Source of the DNA: Lytechinus pictus
Lineage: Eukaryota
Assembly (NCBI RefSeq): GCF_037042905.1
Contig: NC_087245.1
Coordinates: 19,594,001 to 19,658,000, forward strand
DNA: 64,000 bases
Direction: 5' to 3'
In this document: positions 27,601 through 40,200 of the stretch, one piece after another
How positions within the stretch are numbered: position 1 is the stretch's first letter
Layout: each line of letters opens with the position of its first letter
Notes under the pieces: generated by a model
The model's database searches: none
Seen by the model: the letters and a program-made list of their open reading frames with translations, nothing else
What the model was told of the DNA's origin: nothing
Program-made: the position numbers and the translations under genes

Positions 27601-30600
27601 GATACATCAAATCCACATTTAGCATGCAGGTAGAGAGAAAACAACAAAATGACATAAATGAATTGAGAATCATTGAATACCAAAGAAAGGCCAAAAACAG
27701 AGTAATTCCTGTCACAAAACATATGATTTATTGTTCTATATAAACAAAAAGAAACAATCCAGATGATCAAATAGAAGCACAAAATAAATGAAAATGTTTA
27801 CATTTCTGAATTTGTGCAACAATTTATGAGGATCAGAAATATTACATAAAATACAGCAGATTACAGTATTTTACATTTTGGGGGTTACAAAATCTGTTTC
27901 AAAATAACAGATATCATGAAAACATGGTTTCTCTAATATTGATCCTTATAATTATACCAAAAAACATTTCATTATCTTCAAGTACTTAGGAGTGTTTGAA
28001 ACGTCTTTACCTTTACTATTCTGATAAGTGTAAAGTAAACACAGTGAAATTTAAAAAAAAAGGTTTCTAAAAAAAATGTGAAGAATCTATGAAATGTACA
28101 GTGGTTTTAAATGGGAAGCTATGTATTTTTGAAACATACACAAAGGGAAGTGCAAATGTGAAACCTAAATGTGCAACAACTTACAAAATGAAGAAAGGCT
28201 GTACATTTTTATTTCTAATTTTTTGTATTTTTCATTTATTTTTCATATTTTTATCTATTTTTTAAATTTCTTCTTTTCAAGCTAGCCCTCACAAATGTAC
28301 TATACAGATTTATATCTAATGGATTTGAAGTATGACTTTATCTAAATATATGATGGGATAGTGAACAGGGAAAGGGGAAGGGGATGCTTGCCTGAGGGCA
28401 GAATATCTTTTCAAGGGTTTGGGCAAGGAAGAACATTGCATTTATGATATATATCCATATATGTGGGATTGGGCAAGCTATTGGGGAAAATGAGTTTGTA
28501 TACATTTATATATAGTTTGCCAAACAGGAACATGCAATATATAGACATTAATAAAATGTCATCATTAAACAAATTAATATCAATATTGAACACCTTTGAA
28601 AAAAAAAGATAAATGATGCATGTACCATGAGTCAAATATAGAAAAGGGTGCATACAGGTCTACAAAAAATCCATTAATTATCAAAACAGATTTAATATTA
28701 GATTTCTAATCAGAACATTAGGGATCTAGATTCATCAGTTATGAACAGATTATTAGTTTATTGACTTTTTAAATTCTGTGTTTGTGATAATTCATAACTA
28801 AAATAAGCAACATTTAGTCCATCTGTCTAACTTCCTGAGTGAAAAATGACTTAAAATCTAGTTTACGAAAGCACAGTCCTTCCCTCATAAACTCACTGAT
28901 ATCATGAGAAAATTTGTAGCATGACCTATAAAGTATTATACATGTACATCTATTTCGCATACTAACGCAATATGGCATGCATGAAAAGTGAAAGAGGACA
29001 TTGGTTCTTGGGTGACTCCCCTACACCTCTACCCCCCCCCCCCCCTTCCCTCCAAATAATTCCCACAGGTAATTCCCGGTGTGATTCCCCCAAAGACTGT
29101 TTCCTTGAAGGTAACTCTCCCCCACCCTACCCGAAGAACACTTCCAAAACCATATGCATGTAGCTCATAATGTACATAGCCTAACAATTCACACATAGGA
29201 AACTACAGCTACTGAATTTGCAATCACAATAAGAAATATATATATATATATACTCCGTATATTTTCTTTTTTAAATAGTGATACAAATTTTGAAAGCTGT
29301 TTCATTCTTCTCTATTGCACAAAGCACTGAAAATGGCTGCACAATACGGATCATCTCTTTGAATATATATTTATATATGTACATTTTGGTAACTGATAAA
29401 TGTACTGAGTACTTGATACTTAAAAGTTTCTGATGAAAATATGTTACAAGTATTCAACTTTGAAGGGTATACTTAAATAATAATGTGTAATATAACCTTG
29501 AGCATCCTAGTCCAAAATACATGCTCCAACATGTATTGCAAAATACAGCTACCAAAAGAAGTTTGTAAGATAAGGCACTTATACCATCCTTATATCAATA
29601 CAATTTAATGGCAAGATATATAGATATCTATATTTTTCTTTAAGAATAATTAAAAATACTGACATATTCATTGTTTTAATAAGATCAAGAAACAACACTT
29701 GACTAGAAAAACTGTTTTCCACAAACAAAGCCTTATGAATTTACATACAATTATACAAATAGTTCTCATTTACAAAAGATGACGGACAAACAGGACATGT
29801 TGTGTATCCAAGCACAGATACCTCCACCGGACATGATCAGTAAGCACTTCTTATCTAACTTCTTTAATGCAAAAAAAAAATTTGATCTCATTTGCAATGC
29901 AGTCTTGTAGTGTGTATAAACTTGCGATCAATTGCAAGTCTATTTTCGTTCCCAAAATTAAGCATATACCATGCAATTAATTGTAAATTTGCGATTGACT
30001 GCTAATCTGCTCCATGAAACAAGGAGTGTAATCTGCTTTGCTATAGCCAGAAGTGGCAATCAATTGTAAAATTGCAACAGAATATTTGCGATTGATTGCA
30101 AATATTTTTTTGCAACACCCACTTAGAATACAAACTTGACCATTGTGCACCTACACACCTGAAAATTATGAAAATCTGTCCAATAATTCTCAAGTTATCA
30201 TCCTTAAGCCAATAATTGTAATAGACGATGCTATTAAGTGCATAATAACTGCTGTAGTTCTTTATGCAGATAGATAGACAGGTGCATTGATCGATGCCCC
30301 CTCTAAAATTTGTCTGAGATTAGTACTACAAAATGATTCCCCCTCCTATACTATTTAGAAATTCATAAAAACCACATACTTAATTATAAGAATAGCAATG
30401 ATTAGATACACCTCCACCAACTAAAATGCATGATAAAGCAAAACATAATTCTGTAAAGCTATTTTCAAGTTACACACGACTGAACACATGTCTGGAATAT
30501 TTTTTGTTTTTAACAAAGTGGGATTAAATTCCTCTCATGCTCATAAAATTTTCCAAATTATACACTGTGAATTCAAATGTCTGTTGAGTCATGTGCAACT

Positions 30601-30952
30601 TATGAACAACTTCATGAAAACTCCCCTGACATGCCTCATCTTCCTCTTTCTTTGTGTCTTGCATTGCGCCAATGTCTATTTTGAGATTTTCATTCAAAAT
30701 TTGTATTTTTTGTATGGGAATAAACCAAATGACGAATACTTCCAGAGCAAAGAACTACATGTATATCATGATGTTCACAGCCATTAACCCCCAACATAAA
30801 TAGAGAGCAGTAAGAAAACACAATATTCTAGTCACATGAAAACTTTTGTTTGCAAGGCACAATTCATGTCGACATACAGCACAGGAGGTAAATAACATTC
30901 ATTTCGAGGTCAGATCTGGTAAGACAATCATCCCCTTTACAACTTAAAGTGG

Positions 30953-31278
30953 CTACCGACTTTTCCACTTTGGTGACAACTCACCTTTGATACGCAACGT
31001 GGCGACGCAGATAGCTTCCCCGTAATCGTTCTTGGCGCGGCACTCGAAAACACCGGCATCTTCATCAAATACCTCCAAGATTTCCAGTTTATGGAACTGA
31101 CCATCTTCGGAGATTTGAAAGACGCCCTGTTCAACTTTGACCCCATCCTTGAACCAGGAGACGGAGGGCTTTGGGTCGCCCGTGATGCGGCACTCAAAGG
31201 TCAGAGATTCACCTTCGTAGCAACGGCGGTTGCCAAATGTCTGAGCAAAGTGAGGTGCAGCTGTTGGAGTTTTGGGCA
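30953..31278 (-). CDS. Ig14 exon: 294 nt to a donor at 30984, or read-through GELSPKWKSR-stop at 30953
   Basis: FECRITGDPKPSVSWFKDG...DAGVFECRAKNDYG; ttccag acceptor; AAAG|GTGAGT donor. Confidence 0.9.
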
Positions 31279-34200
31279 CTGGAAGTAAGTAATATAAGAT
31301 AAAAATCAATGACGATGATCTACTCCAGAGGGATTGTCAAACACAAAATTTTACCAATATATTGATACTTTCATTTTTGAAGAACGAATATTCTCTACTT
31401 TTTTTCTTGCAGTAGTATCAGAGTCTTCTTTCAAGATGATAATTTCATCAGATATTTCATATTGTCAATATTACTGGTATTACTATTATTATGATCATTA
31501 TTATTAACTAACCACTCTATTGCATATCATTGTGTTCTATTCACCAAGTAACATTAATGAATTAATGACATTTATTTGTTTCAAACTATAATGCCTATGT
31601 CATTGAAGCTGCAAATAGACAGGGTTATTAGGGGAAGATAATTACCATCGACAACAAGAGTTGCAGCAGATACATCTCTTCCATTGTCGTTTGTTGCTAC
31701 TACACTGTAGGTACCCGCATCCTGCGGCCCAACCTTCGGGATGGTTAGCATGTTGTGTTCCCCAGTTTGGCTGATCTGCAATTTGAAATGACAGAACAAT
31801 TGTGTTATATAAGAATTGGACTATCCACGATAATTGAAAGCCAAATGACAGATCTAATTTTTTTCAGATTTAACACTATTTCAAAAGAATGCATGGCTTT
31901 TGGACATTCCGTGCACTAAGCCCTTGACTACAGAATTACTAAATTCTAAAATAGGAATAGGATTTGTACAGATACCAACAATTTAGAATGTATGTGTAAC
32001 AGAGTAAATACAAAATTTAATTCATTGTTACCTAATTGTCTTCATTGACTACAGTAATTCAGTTAACTTTATTTGACCCTGGCAGTCCAGTGGGTGCTCA
32101 ATCTATACTCTGTTATGTTTATTATGTGTTGTACTTCACTGTATCAATTTCTATACTTTTCACTGCCGAAATAAATAATAATAATAATAATAATAATTGA
32201 TGACATGTATAATGTTTTGTAGAATTGAAATGAAATAAACTTGAACTTGAAATTGAATTTGAACCTAGCTAAAACACTTTTAAAGGGTCAAATAATGAAC
32301 AAAAATCATTACCGAATTATTATTATTATTATTTATAAAAAATACTTTCAATATTAAACAATACTTAATGATGAATTCTGGTAATAGAATGGAACTGGCA
32401 TACTTTTGTATTAAGACAAATGCAATTGTAATTCATCAACTAATTTCACTCTTAATTTTCAATCAAATGTCACCAATTTGCAGTGATATGTACCTCAATG
32501 TATGGATGAGTCTGAATCTCAATGCTGTTCTTGAACCATTGTACAGCCGGCTGTGGGGTGCCTTGGATTTTAACCCTGAACTGTACTCTGTCACCAGGCT
32601 GCACCTCTTGGTCATTCAGTCGAATGACAATAGTTGGTCGGTCATCAACGTCTTTCTCTCCTGTAATCATGACAAAAGAGATATGTTCAACTGATCAAAA
32701 GAAATTTCTATAATGAAATCTTATCAAAATCAAATAATTCACAAGAAAAATTCAGAATTGCAGAAGATTTTACAAATCTAAAACATTGAAACAAATTAAT
32801 AGAAAGTAATGTAATAAAATAATGTACATACACACATCTTAGTTTAATATATAATACCAAAATCTCATATACATGAATGAAAAACAACATTCTTTTTAAT
32901 ATAATATGAACTACCATGATTTGTTGAAATATCTTTATGAATTCACATTAAAAACAGAAAAGGCATCATGAATCTAGCACAAGAGAAATCATAATCTTAG
33001 TTTACAGGTTTTCTTGTGGAAATGTCACAATTCTAATTGTTGTTTTTTTTCAAGCTACATTCATTTTAGTTTCATCTGCAAACTATTAAAATAAATTACA
33101 GTATCATCACACATATAATTAAAAGCAACAAATTACATAATAAAAACATAAAAACCTTTCAATTTGAAATACAATTACATATACATTACGAAGAAAAAAT
33201 AATATAACTCAGAATAAGTTTTAAAAGAAAGACTTCAATATAGCCGAGGGGAAAACTACAGAGTGCCCAAATTTTCATTGAAAATCAAATAAATAAATAG
33301 AGCTATGATTACATATCAAGCAAAAAAATACAACCCATTCCCATAACACCAAATCAAAAACATAAAACAATGAAAAAATAAACAAACACATGAGGTCTTT
33401 AACTTCAGAACATTCCATTGCAAGATTGCTTTGTGTTTGATATATCTCATTTCCAAAATGAAATGTTTTTGATTTCTCAACTAAAGAGTATGTCAATCTT
33501 ATTGGAATAAATGATATTGTCTGGTCAAAATTAATTTATCTGTATTTACAGGTATGGGGCAAATCAAAAAATGAAGGGAATTGAGTGTTTTGGTTATGAT
33601 TTCAATTCAAGTGCTACTTATTTCTAAAAATTTTGTTTTCATAATTAAGTAAATTATTTTCACCTATCTTTTTAATAGGAAACTTATCAAAACCATTCAA
33701 CAAACAAAATAAATTTCATGCAAACTGATTTCAAAATCATTATATCGTGCATGTAAAGGGACGCATTCAGAAACATAAGCATGCATTAAATTAATTCAAA
33801 CTTCTTTTCCTACCTTTCCCCTTGCCTGGGAAAAACAAATGACGTCTGTTGCGTGCAGAACACATAAACCAGTACACAGCACAGAAAACATTAGCCATTC
33901 AGTATTAATTTCACACTTCTAGGAAATACCACATGTTACTGTTATGAGTTACTTCATGATTTGAATAGATATTTGCAATCTTTTGTGGTCTCTACTTTTT
34001 CATCAAATTTTATTGCTGATTATTTCAGACATCACACATAATATATAACAGCAAATAGGAATTTTTTCACTGTTTAATTCAACACTATCTTGGGCCAGTT
34101 CTTAATTAATTCATTATATTGAAGAATATTCCTTGGAGGAGCCTAAACCTCAGGAAGAATTCTTTCCATTCCACTTAAATCTAATTTGTAGTAAGTGGGG

Positions 34201-37200
34201 AGTACACATGTCTGGTTAGACACCGGCATTGACAAATGGTGAGGTGTGGGAGAAATGCACATAGCAAGCACGGGAGGGGGTGGTTCACTTATCATGCCCT
34301 CATGTCAATTTCTATTTATAGACTATGACATCATGATTTCTGGCAACAACATCACAGAAGATATATATCACTACGTTCAGCATTTCCAGTTTGTTTGATA
34401 GTTATATATGGTAGATCGGGAAGGGGAACAATAGGGGCACATGCCCCTTCTTTATGGAGGACATTTAATAACTGTTTGGCTGCCCTTTGGTTAATTCTGG
34501 ATATGCCCCTTTTTTCCAGCTTATATTCAGGATGTGGAGCATTGTGGCCCAGAGGATTAGTCTCCAGACTTTGAAACAGAGGGTCATGGGTTCGAATTCC
34601 AGCCATGGCATGAATTCCTTCGGCAAGAAATTTATCCACACTGTGCTGCACTCGACCCAGGTGAGGTGAATGGGTACCTGGTAGGCTTTAGCGCCTACAT
34701 GTATTAATATGGCGGCTCAGCAGATAGCGTAACTATATGATACCAAGTATCAAAGCGCAGTTGAGTATATGCACATAGTAACTGCGCTATATAAATGGAC
34801 ATATTATTATTATTATTATGTATAACAATTATAACAGCAACAATATTATTTGTTTTGTTTGCAATTCAGTCCTTTCTGAGTTCATACAGAGATAGATTTT
34901 ATAGAATTACATAACATTCAATATATTTCATTCCTGAAGAATGGCCAAAGTGAAAACTGGTTATATTCTCTTTGATGTATACAATTTTGAGTATGTTACT
35001 GCAAAAACATTTCTGAATTTCATAATATATTTCAAATTCGAAATTTAGAAAAGCAATAGCATTGTATTCACATATAGTTTATTACTAAAGAAGCACGTGT
35101 TATATAATCTTCAGTCACATGAAATACTGACACAAAAATGAATTTACATATTTGAAAAGCAGAGAATATCAACTGTTTGCTTCAAATATACCAAACAGTT
35201 TGCAAAAAGCAGACAAGATGTTAATTGACAAGCAGAAAGACAGTTTCACTGCAAATTTATCATTAAGTTGTTCTATGTTTCATCAGTTACATTAACAAAC
35301 ATTTGACTCCAATATCAGACTTCAATATTAAGGAAAATGATCCATTGTAAGTGTACTTGTACAAACCATTACAACATTGCGCAAAAAGATAATTGCATCA
35401 CACTTTGTATTAGTAACCTTTCTAGGAGAGTATAGAAGAGATAAATTGAGCAAATCTTGGTACCAAATGAATTTTATACTAGATACCTTTCCGTATGAAC
35501 AGGACGGCATGGGAAGTTCTTGCGTCTATATAAAGGGGTGGGACCAGGAAAGTTTCGTAACAATGTGAAAACAGACATGCTATTGCATGGGTGGGGTCAG
35601 GCGGAAAATGAAGACAGCAAGGCTGCTTCGATCCTCAACCAAACACAAACCCTGATAATCAAATCCACACATCAAAAATGATCTCCAAGGCGATTTCAAG
35701 ATGAAACAAACCAAAGAAACTCATGAACTGAACGGACATGAAAGGGCATATTCAAAATGTACTTCCAGAAATATCTATCAGTCATCAATTGGCAAAAAGT
35801 TGCATGGCCTACTGAATTATGCAATTCCATTTTTAGATTTTGTATTTTAAACCCATGGCTCCACTAGAAAATTGGTTAAGAATACTGTTAATAATTGACC
35901 AAACTCCCTATTGCTTTTAATTAGTCTCCAAAGTAAAACAAACTAATTTGTTTATAGTGGTATATATTTTGGCCAAACATAATGGACATTAATCGCTAGA
36001 GGGTATTCATTTGTCTCGCAATCTACTATGGTCAACAAGGAAATTCGTGATCACTCTCGCAAAAAGTGTTCACTGGCTTTCTAGGAAATTCGTGATCACT
36101 CTCGCAAAAAGTGTTCACTAGCTTACAAGTTCACGAGCTTTCGAGTGCCGCTGCAACTCTTTATCAAGTGACGAAAATTATCTGATGACGTACTCTATTT
36201 ATACTAATCTCCAGGACCGTACGCACGAACGCGAGAACAATAGGTGGGTATTGATCCGTTGCGTCGGTATGCGGCGCGGCCGGTAATCCGTATATGCAAA
36301 TACGCCGTGGGTCGGCGATATGCAAATTAGACAAAATTGGCGGGCTCGCTAGTTTCCCGTGGGCGGGGGCTGACTAGCTGAGCGGTCCCTCGTTCGGGGC
36401 CGGGAACGATCGGGTCGGCGTGCACTGCCAGGCAAGGGGGTATTGTGCTGTCTGATGGTTCGCATCCAGAAGTCGGGGATGTCGATCCCGCTGTCTCTGT
36501 TGAAGTTGTTAGGACAAAGACGTATACTAATAGCCTCCTTAATCCTGCGTGTATACCAATGTCTCTCTTTGGCAATGCAATGTACACCCTCCCAATCTGG
36601 GTGGTGTTGTTTCTCCCAAGCATGTTCTGCCACCGCGGATGTGTCGGTTCGCTGTAACCGAACATCGCGCTTGTGTTCAGAAATGCGTTCAACTATCGGT
36701 CGGGCTGTTTCTCCGATGTAAGACCCGTCACATCCCTGGCAAGGAATGTTGTATACTACGCCATCACGTCTGTGATCAGGGATAGGGTCTTTGGGGTGTA
36801 CAAGCTGTTTGTGTAAGGTGGTGTCCGAGCGGAAAACCGTTCGGATACCGTGACCTTCTAATCGGCGTTTAAGTTGTTGTGAGAGGCCATCTATGTATGG
36901 CAAGACTGTGCAAGTCTTGAAAACCTTCTGATCCCTTGGTGGTAGTTTTTTCTTGAAAGTGTTCTTGATAAAACGGCGTGGGTAGCCGTTGCTGTGCAAG
37001 GCGCCACGTATGTGTGCTCTTTCTTTCGGGAGTTCAGGTGGGTGAGTTATGATACGTGCTGCTCTGTCGAACAGGCATTTAACAAGACCTTTCTTGACCG
37101 ATTTGTCGTGATGAGAATCAAATGGTATGTATTGGTCTGTATGAGTGGGCTTGCGGTAGACAGAGGTGGAGAGTTTCCCGCCCTCGTGTCTTTGGACTAG

Positions 37201-40200
37201 CGTGTCAAGGTAGATTGCGAGACAAATGAATACCCTCTAGCGATTATTTCAATCCGCAATAATGAACCTATTTAGTATAATGGACATTGTTATGCGAATG
37301 TAACCTTTCAAACAATTTAATTGTTCGATACATTAGACTAAAAGTTCCTAATTAGATTTTAGAGAACTTTCATCCAAAGCCTTATTAATGAAAAATTATT
37401 ATGAGGCACTCTGAACACACTGCACACAGAATGATTTTATCATCCCCTTCAATTCAATCCAAAAATTTCAAACAATCTCACACTTGATGCTCAAGAAAGT
37501 GCTGATTTTTGTTCTTCTTTGTGTATGCTCATAGTAAACTTGTGATTGTTGTTGAGCTGGGGTGCAATATTGTGATACGAGACAAGCCTTTCCCCTTCCT
37601 ATTTTTTTATTCCGTCATGGTCTCATTTCTACTTTGCCTCTTCTAACTTCTTAGGTTTCTCTTTTCCTTTGCCATTGATCTTTTTTTCCCTCATTTTCAC
37701 TGTACAGCAGTAACTTCTTGACTTTATTTGACGGAACTGGAGTATAACATTTCATTCATATTTTATATTTCTTATTTTTCGAAGATTTAAGCTAGAAGTT
37801 TCATTTGTATAAAATTGATGATATTGTATGTGATGTGATTTAGCACAACCAAGTTTTTAAATGAAATTTCTTGTGCTTTTTTTTCAAAACAAGAGGCAAT
37901 AAATGCCAATTTAGCGTAATTTATTCTAGGACCTATGATACAGCAGAACTTACCGTCGACAAGAAGAGTAGAAGATGAAACAGATACTCCAAACTCGTTG
38001 GTCAGAGTGATACGGTAGTTTCCAGAATCACTGGGCCGAACCTGGAGGATCATTAGGATCTGTCTGTCGCCCTCTGTGAGGAAACGGACCCGAGACGTCT
38101 CTGTGATAGAGCGCTCGTCCTTTGTCCACTTCACCTGCAAGAAGGACAAGAGAAGAGATTTTTGGCCTTATGAAATTCAACTTAGAGGTTCAATGCACTC
38201 TGAAATTTCTGATTCATTGCATGTTTTATTGCTCAGTAGAAAAATTGTTGGTCCTATTTCAATATGAAGCGAAGCAGGTGGCAAAATGCAAGGACATTTG
38301 AGATGTCAAGTAGAAACATTCTAAATCAAAAACAGTTATTCTTCTTAACACTTTTAATAACAACTTTTAACGATGATTGGTGTAATGAGGAATCATCATG
38401 ACAATATGCCTTGTAAATGTCTTGAGTTGATACTGTCAAACTTACAGTGGGGGCAGGTGATCCGGACACTCTACATTCCAACCTGATGGTACTGCCCTCG
38501 GAAGCAACCAAACTCTCTAGAGGAGCAATGAAATCAGGGGATTGTTTCTCTGAAAAACAGAAAAAGAAATGAAAAAATAGAATTAATCGTAACATAACAT
38601 TTGATATAAATTACATACTGTTCTTTTATTGGGTTTTAGAGATTGAATATATTTTGTTTTCTCCATAAAAGCATGTATGAAATAGGATGTCTTATATTGA
38701 GACCACAGGTCAATTACTTTCAATCTTCTATAAAATTACACTTACTACAAGAGATAAAGGGCTGCTTTCCATCACAAAATTATTTTTGAATTCAAAATCA
38801 CCATCAATTTTCAAAGAAATGGCACTTATAAGATGAGATAAGGAGGCTGTTTCCCATCACAAAATTATTCTTTTCATTCATAACTCTGCTGTTCTCTAGA
38901 AAACCTTTGCCCAACCTCCAGTGGTAAATTTCTCTCATTTACAGGCAATAAAGTTAATAAAATCCATTTGATAAAATGGTTGGACATTCCTTTTAATAAG
39001 TACAATTCTGAGCAAACTATCAAGAGCAAGCAGGTGACTTACCATTGACCATGATGGTGCATTCTGTAGTGACCACGCTGACCTCGGTCTCTGCCCTACA
39101 CTGGTACAGTCCTGCATCGCCTGATGTTGGCTTCTTGATGACAAGGTAGTACACATCACCATCCCTCAAGAACTCTACCCGATCTGAAGACTGGATTGGT
39201 GTGTTGTTGAAGAACCACTGTACCTACAAATGAACAATTTGAAATAGATATTCCATGAAGATCAGTAGAGTCTTTACAAAGTACTCATCAAGATACAGAA
39301 ATATAGGGGAAACACGTAGAGGAAAGACATGGACAAATATGGGAAAGTTCCATGTCCTATCAGTAGTATGAATGTGACAAAGATTCAAAGAAGAGATTTC
39401 TTGGGAAAGAATGTCTAATGCTTTACTGGACAGCTTTTAAAAGTTTGCCAAAGACAGATGATTAAACAACTGAGCATACACAGATCTTCAATATTCCATC
39501 CTTTTGCTATCTGTTCTGTTTTTAAAAATCTATATTTTACATCATTCCTATGCACCTGAGGGGGAGTGCCTTGCTTGAATATAGGAAATTTACCTGAGCT
39601 GTGGGTTTCTCCTCAATCCTCACTCTGAGTTTGATCTCGGTGCTCTCAACAACCTGCTTGTCTGTTAGATGCTCAGTAAAGACGATCGGCTGGGATGGTC
39701 TAACAACAACTGGTCCTGGACCTGTAGGCATAGGAACCCTGGAGAAAGGACCAAGTACAATAAAAATAAGAGTACATCAATGATAGAATGATAGATTGCC
39801 TAATAGTCTACAAAGCCTTTATCGAGCAAAGTGAATATAGCAATACTCGTATCTACATTTCATGTATACAGATGAAATAACGAATAGAGTTTAAAAAAAA
39901 TTAATACTTGAATATCTACAACCAACTAATTCACTAACAAAATTAAGTAATGAACAGTATAACAGCAATTGAAAAGAGAAGAAATCTAGCTGGGAAACAA
40001 GTCTCAACATATTCTGGCCAAAGGGTTACAGTGATTTTAAAGCATACATGAATACAAATAATAACAACTTACGTTACTCCGGAGACATTGATGACAATGT
40101 TGACAGTCTCTGTGCCTCTGTCATTCTCTGCTACCACTGTGTATTTACCTCCTGCATCTGGTCTTGGGTTCTTGATTACCAAGGTGTGAACTGTCTCTTC

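Larger units (their letters stand above)
35991..37276 (-). mobile_element. 5'-truncated Penelope-like retroelement (GIY-YIG type) with inverted pLTR fragment and tail
   Basis: 12-bp direct repeat ataatggacatt at 35979-35990 and 37277-37288. 36-bp perfect inverted repeat 35991-36026 / 37210-37245 followed by a 31-nt extension. GC-richer than the flanks. Carries an RT-end plus GIY-YIG ORF. Confidence 0.93.

Noticed and set aside
149..30787. Numerous 60-110-aa ORFs in the left half
   Set aside because: Typical chance ORFs of AT-rich or simple-repeat DNA, with no Ig or other recognisable motifs
34536..34610. tRNA gene
   Set aside because: A and B boxes are present but continue into a SINE core and (TAT)n tail, so this is a SINE head
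36038..36124. Hairpin-containing direct repeats resembling a mini-CRISPR
   Set aside because: Only two adjacent units with no unique spacers, inside a eukaryotic retroelement, and no cas genes
36171..36230. Plus-strand CTGATGA-cgtac...gtacg resembling a second hammerhead
   Set aside because: Stem II is not followed directly by GAAA and no stem I/III closure is evident
35991..37245. DNA transposon defined by 36-bp TIRs
   Set aside because: The right repeat is not terminal (31-nt tail before the TSD) and the cargo is RT plus GIY-YIG, which is Penelope-type inverted pLTR structure
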